From Octopus bimaculoides (Eukaryota): a stretch of 64,000 nucleotides of DNA. Positions 59,970 to 64,000 of this stretch are shown here, in pieces. Below the pieces are notes generated by a model. That model was not told the origin of the DNA, did not search any database, and worked only from the letters and a program-made list of their open reading frames with translations. The stretch's first letter is position 1; every line of letters starts with the position of its first letter. Location of the stretch: positions 121,809,479-121,873,478 of the forward strand of contig NC_068982.1 of NCBI RefSeq assembly GCF_001194135.2, written 5' to 3'. The position numbers and the translations under genes are program-made.

Positions 59970-62230
59970 ACAAGTTGTGCCAAGTATTTCTTTAAAAAAT
60001 CACCGTGTTGATTGTCTAGTTATAGGTTATTCTGAACCATTTTTTAGTGCTGATCTCAAATATGTTTTTAGTTTTTGCCTATCAAATACAGATTTTGTAC
60101 AAATGGCTGCCAAAGATATGATGATTTTTTTTGTTATTCATTCCCTTTTGTGCCAGACTTTTAGATAAAAGTATGATGAAATTAAGAACAAATGACTAGA
60201 ACAATAATAAAAAAGATATAAATAGTATATAAATAGTATATTTCAAACTTCCTTTATTTTCATTTCCTTCCAGCTTTTGGTAGTTGCTTGCAGTCTCTCT
60301 TTCAGATCCAGCAGTAATCCGCCATCATGTTTACATTCCATCCCTCATTCCCTGGTACCTCCTCTCTACTTCTTTAATGTCCTGGGGAAATCTCTCACCG
60401 TGCTCTTCACTTAGATTGCCAAGGTACTTCAGGAAATAGTTATAGTATGAGTGAAGAAAGTGCATTTTAACATTCATGTTACACCCAAGCCTTTTGAAGC
60501 TTTGCAACATGGTATCAACTATGACTTTGCAATTTGAACACTTATTGTTTCTCAAAAAGTTCTTGAAAACACACTTGAAGCTTACCCATGCCTGCCGTTT
60601 AGATTCATTCATGGAGTTCTCATAATCTGGACCAACAATTATTCCTGTTTTAATTTTCTCACTGGTTATATTTGGGAATTTTTTTTGAGAGATATTGCAA
60701 ACATGGTCCATCTGCAGGTAAAGATTCCACAACCCAGTTTGATGTGCAAAGGTTATATAAGTACTTTTGTAGGTTCAATCAAGGGCTCGTGCAGATGTTT
60801 TTGGATCCCGGTAACAAACTTCTCCTTTGTGACCAGTTTTTAACCATCCAGTGCTTTTCTTTAGCTCTACTGTCCCATTCACATAAGAAGCATGGCATTT
60901 TTGCATAGCCTGCCTGCTGTCCTAAAAGCATGCCTATAATTTTGAAATCTCCACATACTTGCCAATGGTATTCTGCATACTTCATATTTAATAAAAGTTT
61001 TTTTTTACATTTTCATACATCTCCTTTAGTTGTACAGAATGTGCCACTGGAATGGATGAATACTTATTTCCATCATGTAGCAAGACAGCCTTCAAACTCC
61101 TTTTGGAAGAATCAATGAATAGCCTCCATTCTGAGGGATTGCTTTTGATCTTAAAATAGTTTAGCGGGTTTGGAATATTATAGTAAAACACCACTGATTC
61201 ATCCTCAGCAAAGAATGGTAACAACTTATGTTACCTGTAACAATACCAAGAAAAGAAGGTTCCTGGTAACAAAAACGTTTTCATTTTTAGCCTAGAACCA
61301 AGAAGTTCCACTGCATCCTTTGGTTGGTTCAAGTCTCTCGCCAAAGCATTGAGCTCTTCCTGTGTAAATAACTGTGGGCTTTCAGTTTTGTCAGGAGTGT
61401 AGTCATCATCTTCTTCACTTTTGTCTTCTTCATCACTATCTGATGTAACACTTTTCAAAGCAAGTGGAGGACGAGTAACTGGAATGTCAACTCCATTTGC
61501 AATAGGCCATATAACCAAGGGAATACTATGATATACTACATGATGTTTATTTTTTGCACTATACCCATCAACTTTAGTATTGCAGAAATAACAATTGTCA
61601 GCATGGTTACTCAGCTCTCACCACACCATTAGTATTCCAAAGGGCATTTCTTTTTTCTTACTAACTTTCCAGAGTCCCTTCCCTTCCACACAAATGTGGC
61701 ATACTTTGTGTGGAGCCTAAGGTTCGTCTTTATCACTGAGTTTAACATCAAAATAAGCAAAGTATAAATTTTTACAAGAACAGCTATATTTTGTCTCTGC
61801 TTAATGACAACATATATGCCTCAAATGTAGCAGAATATATCTGGATTGTTCATGCACTTACGTTTATATGGAGTTTATAAATAAGTATCACCAATGACTG
61901 ACCTCTGGAACTACTAAAACAACACTAAAGTATCAGTTAGAAATCATGTACACAGCTTTTCAAGGCTATATCGTCTGTCAGAGTTGCCAGCAACTGTTTA
62001 ATAAACTTTACATTGGCTACTATTTTACTTTTACTAATATTAGGTGAGCATTGGTTTATAGCAAAATATATCAGATAATCACTCATCTGATTCTCTGATA
62101 CTGTAATACAGAAAAAAACAAAGCTTTAATACAGAAAAACTAGACATAATGGAGAAACACTAATAACAGATCTGAAATCAGCCTTAAAAAGTTATGTGGA
62201 CATTTAAACATCAAGAATCATGCAGACTTG
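59970..62230 (-). mobile_element. Decayed Chapaev3-like (CMC group) DNA transposon
   Basis: Minus-strand fragments APHKVCHIC, PFGILMVW.ELSNHADNCYFC, FTQEELNALARDL..PKDAVELLGSRLK, WRLFIDSSKRSLKAVLLH, CGDFK...GQQAGYAKMPCFLCEWDSRA, HFLHS...LSEEHGERF.QDI; inverted subterminal motifs gctgatctcaaatatgtttttagttttt and aaacactaataacagatctgaaatcagc. Family assignment is from recalled motif similarity. Confidence 0.72.
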
Positions 62231-62681
62231 TGAGATGTAAGGCAAAAGAGTTATGCACAAATAAAAGAAACAGAATAGTAGAATAAAGATGACAATGAAA
62301 GATAGTAAATATTATTTATGGACAAAATTAACTTATGTAATAAGAAAGTGAAGCAACAAAAGTTATATTGCTGAAACCATCCAACGACTAAACAAAAACA
62401 TGGTTTGTAACAACTGAAATGAAAAATTACTCTTTGCTGCTATCTAGGCAAGTGGTGTGAACAGAGAGAGAGAGTGGAATCCACATGTTGAGACACAATA
62501 TTTCAGAGTAAACACAGAGTGAAGCCTACATAATGGATATGGAATATGGATAATGGAGACAGGCAGGATGAGCAGTTTGTGCTTTAGAAATAAGTTATAT
62601 GTGGACACTAATTGAATCAGAATCTATAGATAAGAGAACAGAGAGAAAAGAATTGCCCAACAAGGTTAATACTCATTTACT

Positions 62682-62892
62682 CATTCACTTGTTTCAGTCA
62701 TTTGACTGCGGCCATGCTGGAGCACCGCCTTTAGTCGAGCAAATCGACCCCAGGAATTATTCTTTGTAAGCCTAGTACTTATTCTATTGGTCTCTTTTGA
62801 TGAACCGCTAAGTTACAGGGACGTAAACACACCAGCATCGGTTGTCAAGTGACGTTGGGGGAACAAACACAGACACACAAACACACGCATAT

Positions 62893-62925
<33 letters not shown>

Positions 62926-63078
62926 CGATGGGCTTCTTTCAGTTTCCGTCTACCAAATTCACTCACAAGGCTTTGGTCGGCCCGAGGCTATAGTAGAAGA
63001 CACTTGCCCAAGGTGCCATGCAGTGGGACTGAACCCGGAACCATGTGGTTGGTAAGCAAGCTACTTACCACACAACCA
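62682..63078 (-). mobile_element. CORE-type SINE, young full-length copy
   Basis: cacttgtttcagtcatttgactgcggccatgctggagcaccgcc...gaagacacttgcccaaggtgccatgcagtgggactgaacccggaaccatgtgg. Confidence 0.85.
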
Positions 63079-64000
63079 AGACATGTAGGAGGTATCAATA
63101 CACTGAAAGATTATAACAATATAACTCTGTGCTGCAGAGATAGGAAGCAAAAATGTTCAAAACAGTTACCATAAACCAGATACTAAAATTACTCAAGTTT
63201 GCATGACCAGTCCTAAAATTTTTTTGCCTACTTGCTCTGTCATGACTAAATGACTTGCATGAAGTTAACAGGCAGTTTTCTCTTTAGGTTTCAAAAGAAA
63301 TCTGATACAAGTGACTGACTTCCAGTTCTCTAGGAAGGGATTGAAATCAACTTTAAAAAATTAAGTCATACTAATCTGGACAAACCAAGTCACAGATTCA
63401 CAGCTTCAGATTTTTTGTTAGCCAATCATGATAGATATGCTTGATGTAATTTCTTTATTATCAAATGCACTTTATGCAAAAATTTTAATTTATCAAGAGT
63501 TGAAAATTTAATAAAAATATCAATCAAGGCTTTAAAAATTCAAGAAGAGTGAAGAAGTACACGTGAACAGATCAAATCATTTCTGTGGATGCATTTCAAC
63601 AGGTTGTGATTGTTGGAAATAAGAAACATATGAGCTTTTCTTACCAAAGATTACACTTAAACAGTGTTAACACAATTTTTGTCCTTGAGTAGCAACTGTC
63701 ATTTCCTATTTGCTTACCCCTAGAAAGCATGAAAAATACCTAACATTTCCTTCAAACTTTGCTTTAGTTACATTTATTCAAACCCCAAAGAATCTCTCTC
63801 AATACATGGTTATGATGCTCCCCCACTACTTCTGCTCATGATCAGAGATGTACATATTGTCAGCCACTAAGGGACATACTCAAGTGGTTAAGGTCAAGCA
63901 ATAATGCCCAAGAAACTAACACAATTCAGGAATTGGTAAATATTGTTAATATCAGATTGTTGAAATATTGAAGTTGTTGTTTCTTGGAAAGTAGCCTAAG

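Overview
AT-rich eukaryotic, repeat-dominated genomic DNA with several assembly gaps. The SINE/LINE repertoire suggests a cephalopod, probably Octopus (inference). The only confidently identified host gene is RABL3 (Rab-like 3 small GTPase) on the + strand: seven coding exons from 1569 to 30443, all GT-AG and phase-compatible, with exon 1 upstream of the window. Most of the rest is decayed mobile DNA: RTE, R4/Dong-like RLE, CR1/L2-like and L1/Tx1-like LINEs, Penelope-like (PLE) fragments with hammerhead-like motifs, a deleted Ty3/gypsy element, tRNA-derived SINEs, and DNA transposons (Tigger/pogo, Tc1, mariner, maT-like, Chapaev3-like, MITEs). The strongest second-look items are: (i) a same-strand pile-up of R4/Dong-like LINE 3' ends bounded by (TATG)n tracts, suggesting microsatellite targeting; (ii) a 47-bp tandem array in the longest RABL3 intron that repeats a CAG|GT(A/G)AG recursive-splice-like motif, directly behind a candidate alternative last exon; (iii) minimal hammerhead-ribozyme-like motifs; (iv) an unidentified candidate spliced + strand ORF near 58.7-59.8 kb interrupted only by two in-frame TGA codons. 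No rRNA, genuine tRNA or CRISPR array is supported. Repeat boundaries are approximate unless termini are quoted.
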